Source of the DNA: an uncultured bacterium
Lineage (GTDB): Bacteria; Verrucomicrobiota; Verrucomicrobiia; Limisphaerales; UBA8199
Length of the DNA stretch: 64,000 nt
Direction: 5' to 3'
Assembly: GCA_963749495.1 (NCBI GenBank)
Contig: CAVVMW010000004.1
Span: 256,001 to 320,000, forward strand
Made by a program: the position numbers and the translations under genes. Shown here in pieces: positions 11,493 through 24,063 of this stretch. The notes beneath the pieces were generated by a model. It saw only the letters and a program-made list of their open reading frames with translations, did no database searches and had not been told where the DNA came from. Each line of letters begins with the position of its first letter. Within the stretch, counting starts at the first letter, position 1.

Positions 11493-13817
11493 TCATTGTG
11501 CCCTGGCCTCTGATTCAACCGGGGCCTCATTCAGGCGCTGAAGATCCGCCAACAGGCCCTCGCGATCGGTCTTGGAAGTAATCGAATACGCATGCCCGGC
11601 CAAGCGTTGCCGATCCTCCTCGTTGAGCGCGATGCCCGTGTGGATCAACACGGGAATCTTTTCGGTTGCGCGGTCGTTGCGAAGTCGCTCGACAACTTGA
11701 ATCCCGTCATATTCGGGCATACTCAGGTCGAGAACGATGACGTCGGGATGGCAACGAGCGGCCAATTCAATGGCTTTGGCGCCGTCGTGTGCCTGAACTA
11801 CCTGGAACCCTTTGTACAGCAGTGTCTTGGCCAGCAATTCCGACACGGCTGGCTCATCATCGACGACCAACACCGTTTTGACTTCTTTGCCGGCGGACGT
11901 GCGCGTTTGGCGAATCGCATCGATGAGACGGGGCCACGCTTGCTGAGGAGCCGCGCATTGGTTCGGGAATAAACGGAATCCGAGCCCCTCCGTCTGCCGT
12001 GATCGAGAACAAAACTAAAGGCATTGTGCCCGGGATGCGGGAGCGCAAGTCGCGCAACTCTCGCCGGTCGCAGCCACTGACCGCCTGATCGTCTATTGCA
12101 ACGGCATAGGGCCGTTTGCGCTTGGAGGTCGTGGCCAGGCTCTCGAGGTCGGCAACAACTGCCAGGCCATAGCCAGCGCCGGCAAGATGGTCCACGGCCG
12201 CCGCTTGTTTCGCCGCATCGGCTGTCACCACCACCACCAGCGGTCTGAGCACAAGCTCAGGTTCCTGCTCTTGCCCCGGCAAAGGGGCAGGCTTGGGTTG
12301 GGGCTTTGGCAGCGGGAGCAGGAAACTGAACCTCGAGCCTTTGCCTTCGACACCCTCGCTTTCGACCCAGAATCCGGCCCCCGTGCAGTTCGATCAGCCT
12401 CTTGGTTAAGGCCAATCCCAACCCGGTGCCTTGCTGCTGCCGCCCATAGGAAGAGTCCACTTGCTCAAACTCAAGAAAGACCCGCTCATGGTCCCGCGGG
12501 TGAATGCCAATGCCCGTGTCGGCCACAATCACCTTAAGACATTGGCCCGAGAAAGCGAACAGAGGCTCGAGCCCGGGATGCGCCTTTGGGTCGGTCTCGG
12601 GCGTCACCATGACGCTGGCCTTTCCCCCCTCGGGGGTGAATTTTATGGCGTTGCTGAGCAGGTTGTACATGATCTGCTTGAACTTCGCCTCGTCGGCCGA
12701 CACCTCAGAAAGGCAGGGCGCCACCTGCACTTCGAGGGTGATTCCTTTTTTATTGGCCAGCGTCTTCACGATGGCCTGCACGTTTGCCAACGCATTGGCG
12801 GCGCTGAACGAAGTCCGGGTGAGTTCCAGGCGGCCAGCCTCGACCTTCGAAAGATCCAGGATATCATTGATCAGTTGGAGGAGGTGTCGGCCACTGGCAA
12901 GGACGTTGTTGACGTGCTTGGACTGCCGGTCATTCAGATCACCAAACGTCTTGTCGATGAGAATCTCCGAGAAGCCAATAATGGCGTTGAGCGGAGTGCG
13001 CAGCTCGTGGCTCATATTGGCCAGGAACTGCGACTTGGCCTGGCTCGCCATCTCCGCGGCCTCCTTCGCGTGCCGAAGCTCGGCAGTGCGCTCGACAACC
13101 TTGTGCTCCAGGGACCGGCTATATTCACCGATCTGCGCCAGCATCTGGTTGAAGGTGTCCGTCAGCACTCCCATCTCATCATCGCCGAGCCGCGCGGCGC
13201 GCCGCGAGTAGTCCTTGTCGCTGGCCACGGCGGCGGCCGTCTTGGAGAGCTGCAGTATCGGCTCCGAGATGATGCGCTGGAGCTTGCGTGAGAGCAGGAA
13301 GGCGATGCCGGCCGAGGCCAGCAGCATGCCCAGGAGGATGGCCAGGTAATGGCGGACCCGGCTGTAGAGCTGCCGCATGTCCGATTGCAGTACCACGGTC
13401 CCGATGACCTCCCCCTTTAGGATGACCCTGAGGCTGAAGTCCAGCCGCCCCCGGCTGAACACGGCGCCCTCCTTCGCGGGCTCGGTGGCCGCGAAGTCTG
13501 GCTGCGCCCCCGGTCGGGAGTAGGTGGCGAACAGGGTGCCCTTGTGGTAGATGCATGCGCCTACGATGTGGGGTTCGTGGCTCAGCCCGCCGAGCAGACT
13601 CACGGGCGGCGGCTGCGTCGTCGAAGCTCAGAGCCGCCGTGCTCAGGCCGGCGATGATCTTCCCCTGGGCGCTGAGGTCCGTGACCATGGCTCTCCTGAA
13701 GACGCCGACCTCGTAGGCAACCTGCATGGCACAGGTGAGCACCAGGGCCGTGCTGCAGGTGACCATCGTGATCACCATCAGCTTCTGCTTGATCGGGATG
13801 TTGCGGAGCCAGTTCAT
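11493..13817 (-). CDS. Membrane hybrid sensor kinase (periplasmic domain-HAMP-HisKA-HATPase-degenerate REC-REC), three frameshifts (~13604, ~12371, ~11986)
   Basis: Start [13 protein letters not shown] overlaps the yfiR stop (ATGA); [30 protein letters not shown]. The two downstream frameshifts were located by alignment to the paralog at 18113-19640. Confidence 0.8.
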
Positions 13818-14434
13818 TGTTCGTTTGTTCGTTCGGCTTCGATTCGTGCAATGGCCAGGAGCTTGGAGCTGAGCTTCAGCCCTGCCTCCCCGGCCGCCGT
13901 CGGGTTGATCTCCAGCTTGACGCTGCCGTTTAGGACGACGAGGTTGATCATGCCGCCATCCTGAGCGAACCCCTTGGTCTCGCTGACCGTCACCACGGGC
14001 TGGGCCTTGAGGCTGGCCAGCAGCGGCCGTATGCGCTCCTTTTCGGAGCGGCTGATGAACACCATGTGGCATGCCGCGGCCTCGGCGGCGGTGGATACGG
14101 CGCGGCTGACCAGCCTATGGCCGTTGATTGTCCGGTCCTTGATCGTCTCGTCGAGCAGGGTGCCGAAGGGGTTGGCGCCAAATATGCCGATCACCAGTGG
14201 CGAATCTGTCTCCCCCAGCTTCGCCGCAGGCCACTCGATGAACTTGGCGAAGTTGAACAGGAAGACGGCCTTGACCTGGTACTCCGAGGGCCCTGGATCG
14301 TCAGCCCCGGCGCGGCGCTCCCCTGAGAGCAGCGCGAGCAGCAGTATCCACCGCAGGCAGCATGTTGCCCAGCGGTTCGCTGCCCCCGCTGGCCTGGCGC
14401 CGGTGCTGCGGCTATGGTGGGCGATGTGATGCAT
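13814..14434 (-). CDS. YfiR family periplasmic protein
   Basis: EYQVKAVFLFNFAKFIEWP...GMINL..LEIN..GLKLSSKLL. Confidence 0.92.
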   Translation of the reverse strand: MHHIAHHSRSTGARPAGAANRWATCCLRWILLLALLSGERRAGADDPGPSEYQVKAVFLFNFAKFIEWPAAKLGETDSPLVIGIFGANPFGTLLDETIKDRTINGHRLVSRAVSTAAEAAACHMVFISRSEKERIRPLLASLKAQPVVTVSETKGFAQDGGMINLVVLNGSVKLEINPTAAGEAGLKLSSKLLAIARIEAERTNEQ

Positions 14435-14438
14435 CCCT

Positions 14439-16462
14439 CTAGAACCGGTAAGTGAGCTTGATGCGGAAGTTGCGGCCATCCTGGCGGATGGAGTTCTGCC
14501 GGAAGTCGCTGCTGACTGGGTCGGAGTAGTGCTGGTCGAACAGGTTGTAGATGCTCGCCGATGCCTCCAGGCCCTTCACGAGATCGAGGCTGAGCAGCGT
14601 GGCGTTGACCAGGCTATAGCCGCCGACGGTGCTGCCACTTCCGGTTAGGCGAGAGCTCAGGCCGAGCACCTCGATGTTCAGAAAGATCTTCTCATGCCAG
14701 AGGGGTGCCGTAAGGTTCAGCTTGGCTACGTGCTCCGGAGAGTTACTGAGGCGCTGGCCGGTGCTTGCGTCCCTCGCGTCCGCATAGGTGTAGCTCGCGC
14801 GGGTGCGCCACCCATGCCCCCAGCGCCCATCCAGCTCGGCCTCTCCACCGAGCGATGTCGCGGAATCCATATTCCCGAAGACTGAGGTCCCGGCTGCGTT
14901 GGTCCCGAAGCTTATGAGGTCATGGATGTCGTTATAGAAGACCGAGCCGGTCCATCGCACCTGCGGGATGATGGTCTGCTCATAGACCAGCTCGTAGGAG
15001 CGGATGGTCTCGGGCCTAAGCTGGGTGTTGGACGCGTACCCCGGGGCTACGTAATACATCTCGTAGGCGGTGGGGGCGCGGAAGGCCTGCCCGTAGATCG
15101 CTTTGAACACGGAGTTGGTCCATGGTTTGTAGATGAGCGCCGCCCGCGGGTTGAGGCTGTCGCCGAAGAAGGAGAAGTAGTCGTAGCGCCCCCCGACATT
15201 GAGGATGACGTTGTTCAGGATGCTGTACCTCATCCTGCGCATAGAGGCCCACGGTGTAGGCGGGCATGTTGGTGCTGATATAGGGGGCCGGCGGGGCCAC
15301 GTCGAAGTTCATCTGGTCGAGCACGAAGTCGCGGCGGCATTCGATCCCGCCCGTGAGCCGGTGCCGGTCGAGGAGCACCTTCGTGACCTGGACCTCGCCG
15401 CCCATCAACTGCTGGTCGCTCCGATCGCAGTTCATCGTGATCACCCCTGGGTACCGCGGGTCGCCGTAGCCATACTCGGGTTCCGGGAAGTTGCCCCCGT
15501 AGTGGTATTGGTCGTAATAGAGGCGGGCGGAGACTTGCCATTCATCCTCGAACTCGTGCTGGTACTTCAGACTCGGCGAAGGCCCGCTCGTCCAGGAGGC
15601 AGTTGCGGGGATCGTCGAAGACTGTCCCGTAGGCCGCCGTTGGGAGCGTCTTGGTGCGCTGCACGAATCCCCCCTCAAGCGAGAAGTCCCGGAAACTGAG
15701 GGTCGCGAAGGCGCTGCCCCCGCGGCTCGAGTCGATGTTGTCCGCATATCCGTGATTGATCTGGGAGAACTCGGGATAATGGAGGCGGTCGCGGCCATCG
15801 CTTCCGAAGTAGGTGCCCGATGCCTCCAGCGCCAGGCCGTTTTTGAAGCGCTTTCCGTAGCTGAGGCGCCCGGTCGCCGTGTTGTAGCTGGCATAGGCGC
15901 CGGCCGCCTCGACCCCGCGAAGCCCCCGCCGGGTGATCACGTTGATGATGGCTAGGAACGCGTTGTCCCCGTACAGCGAGGACCCCGGGCCGCGGATGAC
16001 CTCAACCCGCTCGATGAGGTCCACGTCCAGAAGGAACTCCGTCCCGTTGAAGGCCTGGTCATAGATGGCGTCGTTTATTCGATGCCCATCGATCATGATT
16101 AGGATGTCCCCTCCGTAATCCCCCGGGCGGTTGAACCCGCGCACGCCGATGTAGGAGTATGACCGGTCGGAGGTCGTGTAGAATCCGCGCACGCTGTTCA
16201 GGATCTCTGTGAGGGTGCGGTACCCCGACTTCTTGATTTCGTCCGCGGTCACGATGCTGACCGAGGCGGGCGCATCGCTGGTATCCTGCTCGTGCTTGGA
16301 GGCGCCGTAGACCGTCTCCACCTTGATGCTGGACAGCTCCTCCAGGCTCATGGACGCGAGGGCGCTTTGATCGGGCCTGGCTGCCTCCGGCGGGGCCTGG
16401 GCCGAGATGCCCTCCACCGCCATCGTGAGCAGGATTACAACGCTGCGCGCCGTTCTTTTCAT
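14439..16462 (-). CDS. TonB-dependent receptor; frameshifts near 15571 and 15229
   Basis: Plug motifs (APASVSIVTADEI, IERVEVIRGPGSSLYG) and C-terminal NLFD..GRNFRIKLTYRF across three consecutive ORFs. Confidence 0.88.
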
Positions 16463-16587
16463 GGCAGAAACTCGGCCGCAGCCAAACCGTCTTCCGCGCT
16501 CTCCCCCTCGAATCCCTTGAGCCGCAATCCGTCCCGACAAATCCGCAACATGAGCGGATCATCATCCACCAATAAGATTCGTTTCAT
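16459..16587 (-). pseudogene. Truncated receiver-domain fragment (42 aa)
   Basis: Manual translation MKRILLVDDDPLMLRICRDGLRLKGFEGESAEDGLAAAEFLP*; its stop overlaps the TonB receptor ATG. Confidence 0.75.
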
Positions 16588-16612
16588 AGACAAAGGGGAG
16601 TCCCTCAGGGCG

Positions 16613-17689
16613 CTATAACCCAGCTTCGAGCTCGTAAGCCGTCACTCTGGCCCGGCCTCTGATGTTGAAGGTTTCCCTTCGTTGGAAACGGTATCAATGT
16701 TGCAGCCGCTCATAGGTCGCTTGACTGACGATAATGCTTCCGGCCTCGCCTACTGCTGCCAGGTGCCAGGCGAGATTGACTGTGTCGCCCCAAAGATCGT
16801 AGGCAAACTTCTTGCGTCCGATTACCCCTGCCACAATCGGGCCCGTGCCGATCCCGATGCGGACGCGGAGGGAAGTGCTATACTCGCAGTTAAGCCGGCC
16901 AATCTCGGCGGTCAAGTCAGAGGCTAGTTCGGCCATGGCTTCGGCATGGTCCGGCCGCGGGATGGCAATCCCGCCGGCCGCCATATATGCGTCGCCGACG
17001 GTCTTGATGGTTTCCAGCCCGTGCTTCTGGACCAAGATGTCGAACGCAGAGAAGATTTCGTTTAACAACCAAACCACCTGCTGCGCGCCAATGTGAGATG
17101 ACAGGGTCGAAAAACCAACCAGGTCGGCCACAAGCACTGTAACATCCGAGTGCTGGTCGGCGATGCTTCCCTCTCCCGCTTTCATTCGTTGGGCGATGGA
17201 TTTGGGGAGGAGGTTCAGCAGCAAACGCTCGGATTTGTCCTGTTCCGCCTTCAGTTGGTCAAACAGGTGCTTTGTGTAAACGGCATTGCGGACTCGCAAG
17301 GTCAAGTCCTGCAAATCAACCGGCTTGTTCAGAAAATCGTTCGCGCCGGCCGCGATGCCGGTCATCCGCTCCTTGCGTTCGGACAGTGCGGTGACCATCA
17401 ACACCGGGATGGGCGCCGTCTTGGGGTCATTCTTTAGGCGCCGGCAGACTTCGAACCCGTCAACTCCGGGCATCATCACGTCGAGCAGGATTGCGTCGGG
17501 AAGACGTGCGGCAACCTGCTGAAGCGCCTGGTCTCCATTCGCGGCTTCCGCGATTTCATAGCCCCGTGCCTCCAATGGGTCCCGCAACAACATTCGATTT
17601 TGCTCTTCGTCATCGACGATGAGGACGAACCCGCGATGGGGCTTTAGCGGAACTGGAACGGGAGCGGAGTTTGCGATTTTAGTTTCCAT
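16613..17689 (-). CDS. Response-regulated class III adenylate/guanylate cyclase (REC + cyclase) with in-frame TGA at 16694-16696
   Basis: ILLDVMMP; VLVADLVGF, IKTVGDAYM, KFAYDLWGDTVN. The frame continues after TGA as YRFQRRETFNIRGRARVTAYELEAGL*. Confidence 0.85.
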
Positions 17690-18116
17690 GCTCGGTTAGA
17701 GATGGCTGCGTTCTGGTTGTCTGTGAGCGTGCCGCCTCAATAAAACGCAGCACGCGGGCGGCGAATGTCCGCGTGTCAATCGGTTTCGCCAGGTATCCAT
17801 CACAGCCCGCGTTCAACGCGCTTTCCTCATCTCCTTTCATAGCGTGCGCCGTGAGCGCAATGACTGGCAAATGCCCGGTGGCCGCGCCGGCTCTGAGGGC
17901 TTTGGTGGCCGCCAATCCATCCATCCCGGGCAAACTTAGGTCCATCAGGATAACGTCCGGCAACACCTTGTGTGCCAACCGGAGCCCTTCTTCAGCCGTT
18001 CGCGCCTGCCAAACCAGGTCGCCCCTGGCCTCCAAGAGATCGGTTACCAACTCGAGGTTGAGCGGATTGTCCTCGACCACCAATACTTTATTTCTCGATG
18101 GAGTATTCATATTCAT
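17679..18116 (-). CDS. Single-domain response regulator (DivK/CheY-like)
   Basis: VLVVEDN, ILMDLSLPGMDG, ALTAHAMKGD, YLAKPID. Confidence 0.93.
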   Translation of the reverse strand: MNMNTPSRNKVLVVEDNPLNLELVTDLLEARGDLVWQARTAEEGLRLAHKVLPDVILMDLSLPGMDGLAATKALRAGAATGHLPVIALTAHAMKGDEESALNAGCDGYLAKPIDTRTFAARVLRFIEAARSQTTRTQPSLTEHGN

Positions 18117-21100
18117 GTTGCAATCTCATCAGGGGGCGCTTCGTTGAGCCGTTGCAGGTCTGCGAGCAGGCTCTCGCGGTCCATTTTGGAGGTAATCGAA
18201 TACACATGGCTGGCCAACCGTTGCCGCTCCTCCTCGTCGAGCGCAATGCCCGTGTGGATCAAAACGGGAATCTTTTCGGTTGCGCGGCCGTTGCGCAGTC
18301 GTTCGACAACTTGAATCCCGTCATATTCGGGCATATTGAGGTCGAGAACGATTGCGTCGGGATGGCAACGGGTGGCCAATTCAAGGCCTTTGGAGCCGTC
18401 GTATGCCTGAATTACCTGGAACCCTTTGTAGAGCAGTGTCTTGGCCAGCAATTCCGACAAGGCAGGCTCATCATCAACGATCAACACCGTTTTGACTTCT
18501 TTGCCGCTGGACTTATGCGTTTGGCGAATAGCATCGATCAGACGAGGCCGCGCCTGCTGAGGAGCCGCGCATTGTTCCGGGAATAAACGGAATCCGAGTG
18601 CTCCGTCTGGCGTGATCGAGAACAAAACCAAAGGCATTGTGGCCGGGACGCGGGAGCGCAAGTCGCGCAACTCCTGCCGGTCGCAGCCAGTGAGCACCTG
18701 ATCGTCTATTGCGACGGCATAGGGCCGGTTGCGCTTTGAGGTGGTCGCCAGGCCCTCGATGTCGGCAATAACTGTCAGGCCATAACCAGCGCCGGTAAGA
18801 TACTCTCCGAGCACCGCCTGTTTCCGGGCATCGGTTGTCACTGCCACGACCTGCGGTCTGAGCACAAGCTCAGGTTCCCGCTCTTGCCCCGGCAAACGTG
18901 CAGGCTTGGGTTGCGTCTTAGACAGCGGGAGCAGGAAACTGAACCTGGAGCCTTGGCCTTCGACACCCTCGCTTTCGACCCAGATCCGGCCCCCGTGCAG
19001 TTCGATCAGCCTCTTGGTTAAGGCCAATCCCAACCCGGTGCCTTGCTGCTGCCGGCCATAGGAAGAGTCCACTTGCTCAAACTCGAGAAAGACCCGCTCA
19101 TGGTCCCGCGGGTGAATGCCAATGCCCGTGTCGGCCACGATCACCTTAAGGCATTGGCCCGAGAAAGCGAACAGAGGCTCGAGCCCGGGACGCGCCTTTG
19201 GGTCGGTCTCGCGCGCCACCCGTACGCTGACCTTTCCCCGCTCGGGGGTGAATTTTAGGGCGTTGCTGAGCAGGTTGTACATGATCTGCTTGAACTTCGC
19301 CTCGTCGGCCAGCACCGCATCGAGGCCTGGGGCCACCTCCACTTCGAAGGTAATTTCCTTTTTATTGGCCAACGTTTTTATTACGGCCAGCACGTTTGCC
19401 AACGCATTGGCGGCGCTGAACGAAGTCCGGGTCAGTTCCAGGCGGCCGGCCTCGACCTTCGAGAGATCCAGGATATCATTGATCAGTTGGAGGAGGTGGC
19501 GGCCACTGGCAAGGACGTTGTTGACGTACTTGGACTGCCGATCATTGAGATCACCAAACGTCTTGTCGGCGAGAATCTCCGAGAAGCCAATAACAGCGTT
19601 GAGCGGGGTGCGCAGCTCGTGGCTCATATTGGCCAGGAATTGGCTCTTGGCCCGGTTGGCGGCCTCGGCCGCGCCTTTCGCATGTTGGAGGGCCTGCTCG
19701 GCCCGTTTCCGTTGGCTGATTTCTGAGAGCACACCGTCCGCGCACAGCACACCGTCTCGCATCCGGGCCTCCGGCGCCCGCTGTTGCAGCCATATCCAGT
19801 GCCCGTCACTCCCGCGAAAGCGGTACTGTATGTCCAAGGGCTCCCCATGTTCGAAGAGCTTCTGGTAGGCCAGTTCCAGGCTGGGGATATCGTCAGGGTG
19901 AGTGTGCTCACGCCACCATGCCGCGCCGGCCGGGAGAACCTGCTCACGCGTGGAGCCAATTATTCTCTTCACGTTATCGCTGACGTACGTCAGTTCCCGT
20001 TTCGCATTCATGGTCCACACGACGTCGGGGATGTTCGCGACGAGCGAGCGGTACTTTTCCTCGCTCGTCCGCAAGGCCTGCTCGGTTTGCTTGCGTTGCG
20101 TGATATCCTGAATGACCGCTTGGAATTCGGGGGCGTCACCGTTTTCCGGAAACAGGCGCCGGACGGTATATTGTTGCCACAACACCCGGCCATCAGGTTC
20201 GATCACTTTATGATCGAATGACACTGTGGGCTGTTGCCGGGGCAAAGCGCGAAAATAGCTTAACGGAACGGCCCGATCTTCCGCGGCCAGCGTTTGCAGG
20301 AAATCGGTGCCTTGAAGCTCTTCCCAGGTTTTGCCCCGGAAGCGACAGTAGGCCGCGTTGACGAACGTGAGCTCACCGTTGGGCTTGAACCGGCAAATCA
20401 GGTCCGTTTGGTCTTCCACAATCGCGCGATAGCGTTTCGCACTTGCTCTCACGGCTTTTTCCGCCCGCCGCCGTTCCGCCGCCGCCGCGGCCAAGAGCAT
20501 ATTCGTGACCGCAAGCACACCGATGTAGGTGCCCATGAGCATCAAGCTTTCCCGGACGGCGGAGGTCACAAACGGCCCGCGCCGGCCCAAAAGCGAATGG
20601 ATCGCCAACGCGCTCACCAGCAGTGTGCCCGTAGTTGCCCCGCGCTGGCCGAAACGCAAGGCCCCCCAGACCAGGAAGGGGAAGGGCAAGTAAGCCAGCG
20701 GATACGTCTGAATCCCATAGACGAACCAGGAGTGGAACGAGATCAGGGTCCCGGCCGCCAAACCCGCCCCGCAAATGGCCGCCTCCAGGATCAGGCGCAG
20801 ATGCCACCGGAGCGCCGAGGGCGTTGCCCAGGTGATGATGAACGGGGCGACCACCAGAGCCGCCAGGGCATTCGGCACCCACCACTCCGGAACGCTCGGG
20901 AATAGATTCGGCCAGGGCATCGTGCCGGCGTAGGCAAGACTTACGACGTTAAAGGCCGCGTTGACAGTAGTCCCAAGAAAGCAGGCCAGCCCAATGAACC
21001 CAACCGCGTCGCGCGTGCGCTCCATCGCGTTGTCAAAGGCGACGAGCCTTTTCAGAAGGAAAGCGCAAACGATGGCGCCCATAGTGTTGCCGATGGCAGT

Positions 21101-21355
21101 GCCGAGCGTGAAAAAGCCCAAGGGCATTCCGTTCATCAATGAAAACAGGACGGCTCCCAGCGCCACGCCCGGCCAGAAACGATAACCAAACAACAAGATG
21201 GCGGCCAGCGCGATGCCGGCGGGCGGCCAGACCAGGGCGACACTGCCCGAGAGGAATGATGCCTCTTTGCCGAGCAGTCCTCCCAGGAAGTAAAGGGCAG
21301 TGAGGATGACGACACGGGTGACCGTTGTCAGTTTCTGGTTTCCATTACATTTCAT
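18113..21355 (-). CDS. MASE1-PAS-PAS hybrid histidine kinase with C-terminal receiver
   Basis: [10 protein letters not shown] multi-TM MASE1 region, two PAS domains, [19 protein letters not shown]. Start chosen at the ATGA overlap with the upstream stop. Confidence 0.92.
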   Translation of the reverse strand: MKCNGNQKLTTVTRVVILTALYFLGGLLGKEASFLSGSVALVWPPAGIALAAILLFGYRFWPGVALGAVLFSLMNGMPLGFFTLGTAIGNTMGAIVCAFLLKRLVAFDNAMERTRDAVGFIGLACFLGTTVNAAFNVVSLAYAGTMPWPNLFPSVPEWWVPNALAALVVAPFIITWATPSALRWHLRLILEAAICGAGLAAGTLISFHSWFVYGIQTYPLAYLPFPFLVWGALRFGQRGATTGTLLVSALAIHSLLGRRGPFVTSAVRESLMLMGTYIGVLAVTNMLLAAAAAERRRAEKAVRASAKRYRAIVEDQTDLICRFKPNGELTFVNAAYCRFRGKTWEELQGTDFLQTLAAEDRAVPLSYFRALPRQQPTVSFDHKVIEPDGRVLWQQYTVRRLFPENGDAPEFQAVIQDITQRKQTEQALRTSEEKYRSLVANIPDVVWTMNAKRELTYVSDNVKRIIGSTREQVLPAGAAWWREHTHPDDIPSLELAYQKLFEHGEPLDIQYRFRGSDGHWIWLQQRAPEARMRDGVLCADGVLSEISQRKRAEQALQHAKGAAEAANRAKSQFLANMSHELRTPLNAVIGFSEILADKTFGDLNDRQSKYVNNVLASGRHLLQLINDILDLSKVEAGRLELTRTSFSAANALANVLAVIKTLANKKEITFEVEVAPGLDAVLADEAKFKQIMYNLLSNALKFTPERGKVSVRVARETDPKARPGLEPLFAFSGQCLKVIVADTGIGIHPRDHERVFLEFEQVDSSYGRQQQGTGLGLALTKRLIELHGGRIWVESEGVEGQGSRFSFLLPLSKTQPKPARLPGQEREPELVLRPQVVAVTTDARKQAVLGEYLTGAGYGLTVIADIEGLATTSKRNRPYAVAIDDQVLTGCDRQELRDLRSRVPATMPLVLFSITPDGALGFRLFPEQCAAPQQARPRLIDAIRQTHKSSGKEVKTVLIVDDEPALSELLAKTLLYKGFQVIQAYDGSKGLELATRCHPDAIVLDLNMPEYDGIQVVERLRNGRATEKIPVLIHTGIALDEEERQRLASHVYSITSKMDRESLLADLQRLNEAPPDEIAT

Positions 21356-24063
21356 ACCGAGCGGGAGTGGTCGCTTTCCAGAAGCTGGGTGTTGCTGGGG
21401 ATTTTTTCCGGTGTGCCCGAAAGTCGTCTCGCCAGCCAATGCCGGACGGACTCGATCTCACGGGTTGTCTGAGCGAGGCACTGCCTGGCGCCGGACAATT
21501 GTCCCTGTTTTGCCTCGAGTTCCATTTGTTGCAGCGGAGGGACCACCAGTGTCATTCCGCAAGTCGCACTGGCTCCGGAGAGCCGATGAGCCAAACGGTT
21601 CACTTCTTTGGCCGAACCGGCCTTGATGGCTGCATCCAAACCACTCAGGGTTTCATCCGCTTGGGCCAGATAGAAGTCAGCCAACTCGCGCATTTGGCTG
21701 GGGTCGTTGTCGGCAACTTCCCCCAACTGTTCCAAGTCCACTGAAGGTCCTTGGGGCGCCGCGGCAGGTGCTGCCGCTGGTGTTGCCGTGGTGCCAACGG
21801 GCGCCTTGCTCACCGCGGCGCCCGGTTGAGACTCCGCAAGACTTGGGGCGGGGTCGCCGCGCCGCTCGCTCGATTCGCAGCGGTCCAAGGCCATTCGCAG
21901 CTCGGGTTCTCGCACCGGCTTGCTGAGGTAATCATTCATGCCGGCAGCCAGGCATTCTTCACGGTCTCCCCGCATGGCATGGGCCGTCATCGCAATGATA
22001 TGAACCGGTTTGCGCCCCGTCTTCTCTTCACGCCTGCGGATTTCGCGGGTGGCTCCGTAGCCGTCCATCTCCGGCATCTGGCAATCCATCAGGATGACTT
22101 CATAGGGAATCCGCTGGATGGCGTCCAAGACCTCGAGACCGTTGCCCGCCACGTCGGCGGCGTAGCCCAGTTTGGCCAACTGGCCCGCCGCCACCTGCTG
22201 GTTGATGGGATTGTCTTCCGCCAGAAGAATGCGGAACTTGCGGGCCGGACGCACCGCCGCGGTTGGCGGAGTAATGCGACAAACGTCCTTCTGCAAAGCC
22301 CGCCCCATGGCCGTCGTCAAACAATCGAAGAGCAGTGAGTGCTTTACAGGCTTGGTCACACATGCCACAATGCCCGCCGCGGTCCATTCCGCCTGATCCA
22401 GCTTTTGCGCAACTGAGGCCAGCAGGATCAAGCGCGGGCTGCCAAAGGCGGGATTCGACTTGATCGCCCGCGCCAGCGACAGGCCGTCCATCTCCGGCAT
22501 TAGCATGTCCAGAATCACCAGGTCAAAGGGACTGTGAACGGTGTCGCGCAAGAGCTGGAGCGCCTGGGCGGCGCTGCCAGCGCTGGCGCTGTTCATCCCC
22601 CAGGCGCGCGTTTGGCGCTCCAGGATCTCGCGGCTAACGGCGTTGTCGTCCACGATCAGCACCCGCAAATTGGCCAATTCCAGTTCTTCCCCGGCGACCG
22701 GCTTGGCACTGGCGGGCTGCCTTTCCATTTGTGCGGTAAACCAAAAGAGCGAACCGTTGCCCGGACTGCTTTCCACACCAATCTCGCCGCCCATCATCTG
22801 CGCCAGCTTCCTGGAAATCGCCAGTCCAAGGCCCGTCCCGCCGCATTTGCGAGTCGTGGAGCCGTCGATCTGGCTGAAGGCCTGGAAAAGCCGTGTCTGG
22901 CCTTCCGGCGAGATGCCCACGCCTGTGTCTTTGACTTCAAAACGGAGTGTCACCTGGGTGGCAGTCTCACTGACTTTGGCCACGCGCACGATGACTTCGC
23001 CACGGTCGGTGAACTTAATGGCGTTGCTGACCAGATTCAGGAGGATCTGCCTTAACCGGCACGGATCGCCGCGCAGTTGGACCGGCACATCTGTCCGCAC
23101 CAGTCCCGCCAATTCCAGGCTTTTCGCGCCCGCTCGGTCGGCCACTACTTCCAAGCAGTCTTCGATAGCTTGCTGGAGATCGAAGTCGAGGCTTTCTAAC
23201 GTGAGTTTTCCGGCTTCGATCTTCGAGAAATCGAGGATGCCGTTGATGATGGTCAGGAGGGACTCCCCGCTATTGCGGATGGTATCGGCAAGATGGCGTT
23301 GTGGTGGTGTCAACTCGGTGTCCAGCAGCAGATTGGTCATGCCAATGACGCCGTTCATGGGCGTGCGGATTTCATGGCTCATGTTTGCCAGGAACTCGCC
23401 CTTGGCGCGGTCGGCGGCTTCGGCGGCGTTCTTGGCCTGTTGCAGTTCGTGCTCACTCTTGCGAAGCAGGATGCGCTCGCTGCGCAACCTGGCATTGGTT
23501 TCCTCGAGCACGCTGGTTCGCTCCCGGACGAGGGTTCCGAGGCGGTCCAACTGAAGCTTGCCTTCCTGGTGCAACCGCCATTTCTCGGTTAGCGCATAGG
23601 CCAACTGCAGGACTTCCACGATCTCGAAGGGTTTCTTTAGAATCACCAGGCGATCTCCGCAACCGAGCTTTTCCACTATCTCGTCCCAGGAAAAATCCGC
23701 GTAAGCGGTGCAGATGACGGTCTGAAGCTCGGGATCAGCCTGCCAGAGCCGGGTGGAGGTTTCGATGCCGTCCCAGCCGGGCGGCATGCGCACGTCAACA
23801 AAAGCCATGGCATAGGGGCGCCCAGTTCGCACGGCCGCTTGGACCATGTCGAGTCCCTCCTGGCCCTGATAGGCCGAATCGAGTTCAAAGGACGGGCGTT
23901 GGAAGCGAACCACTGGCGCATCGAATAACACACATTCGACCTCCTCCAGAGCACCTCGCTGACCTGACGCCGGACAGAGGATGCTGCGGAATCCTTCATG
24001 GATCGCGCGGTTGTCGTCAATGATGAGGATGCGGGGATTTCTTTCCATAGTCTGGGGATTCAT
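21352..24063 (-). CDS. Cytoplasmic hybrid kinase REC-HisKA-HATPase-REC-REC-HPt
   Basis: [28 protein letters not shown], three REC domains, HPt AHRLSGAS. Confidence 0.93.
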   Translation of the reverse strand: MNPQTMERNPRILIIDDNRAIHEGFRSILCPASGQRGALEEVECVLFDAPVVRFQRPSFELDSAYQGQEGLDMVQAAVRTGRPYAMAFVDVRMPPGWDGIETSTRLWQADPELQTVICTAYADFSWDEIVEKLGCGDRLVILKKPFEIVEVLQLAYALTEKWRLHQEGKLQLDRLGTLVRERTSVLEETNARLRSERILLRKSEHELQQAKNAAEAADRAKGEFLANMSHEIRTPMNGVIGMTNLLLDTELTPPQRHLADTIRNSGESLLTIINGILDFSKIEAGKLTLESLDFDLQQAIEDCLEVVADRAGAKSLELAGLVRTDVPVQLRGDPCRLRQILLNLVSNAIKFTDRGEVIVRVAKVSETATQVTLRFEVKDTGVGISPEGQTRLFQAFSQIDGSTTRKCGGTGLGLAISRKLAQMMGGEIGVESSPGNGSLFWFTAQMERQPASAKPVAGEELELANLRVLIVDDNAVSREILERQTRAWGMNSASAGSAAQALQLLRDTVHSPFDLVILDMLMPEMDGLSLARAIKSNPAFGSPRLILLASVAQKLDQAEWTAAGIVACVTKPVKHSLLFDCLTTAMGRALQKDVCRITPPTAAVRPARKFRILLAEDNPINQQVAAGQLAKLGYAADVAGNGLEVLDAIQRIPYEVILMDCQMPEMDGYGATREIRRREEKTGRKPVHIIAMTAHAMRGDREECLAAGMNDYLSKPVREPELRMALDRCESSERRGDPAPSLAESQPGAAVSKAPVGTTATPAAAPAAAPQGPSVDLEQLGEVADNDPSQMRELADFYLAQADETLSGLDAAIKAGSAKEVNRLAHRLSGASATCGMTLVVPPLQQMELEAKQGQLSGARQCLAQTTREIESVRHWLARRLSGTPEKIPSNTQLLESDHSRSV

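Noticed and set aside
16694..16696. Selenocysteine recoding of the cyclase TGA
   Set aside because: The position is not a conserved Cys and no convincing SECIS hairpin follows; other catalytic residues are also degenerate.
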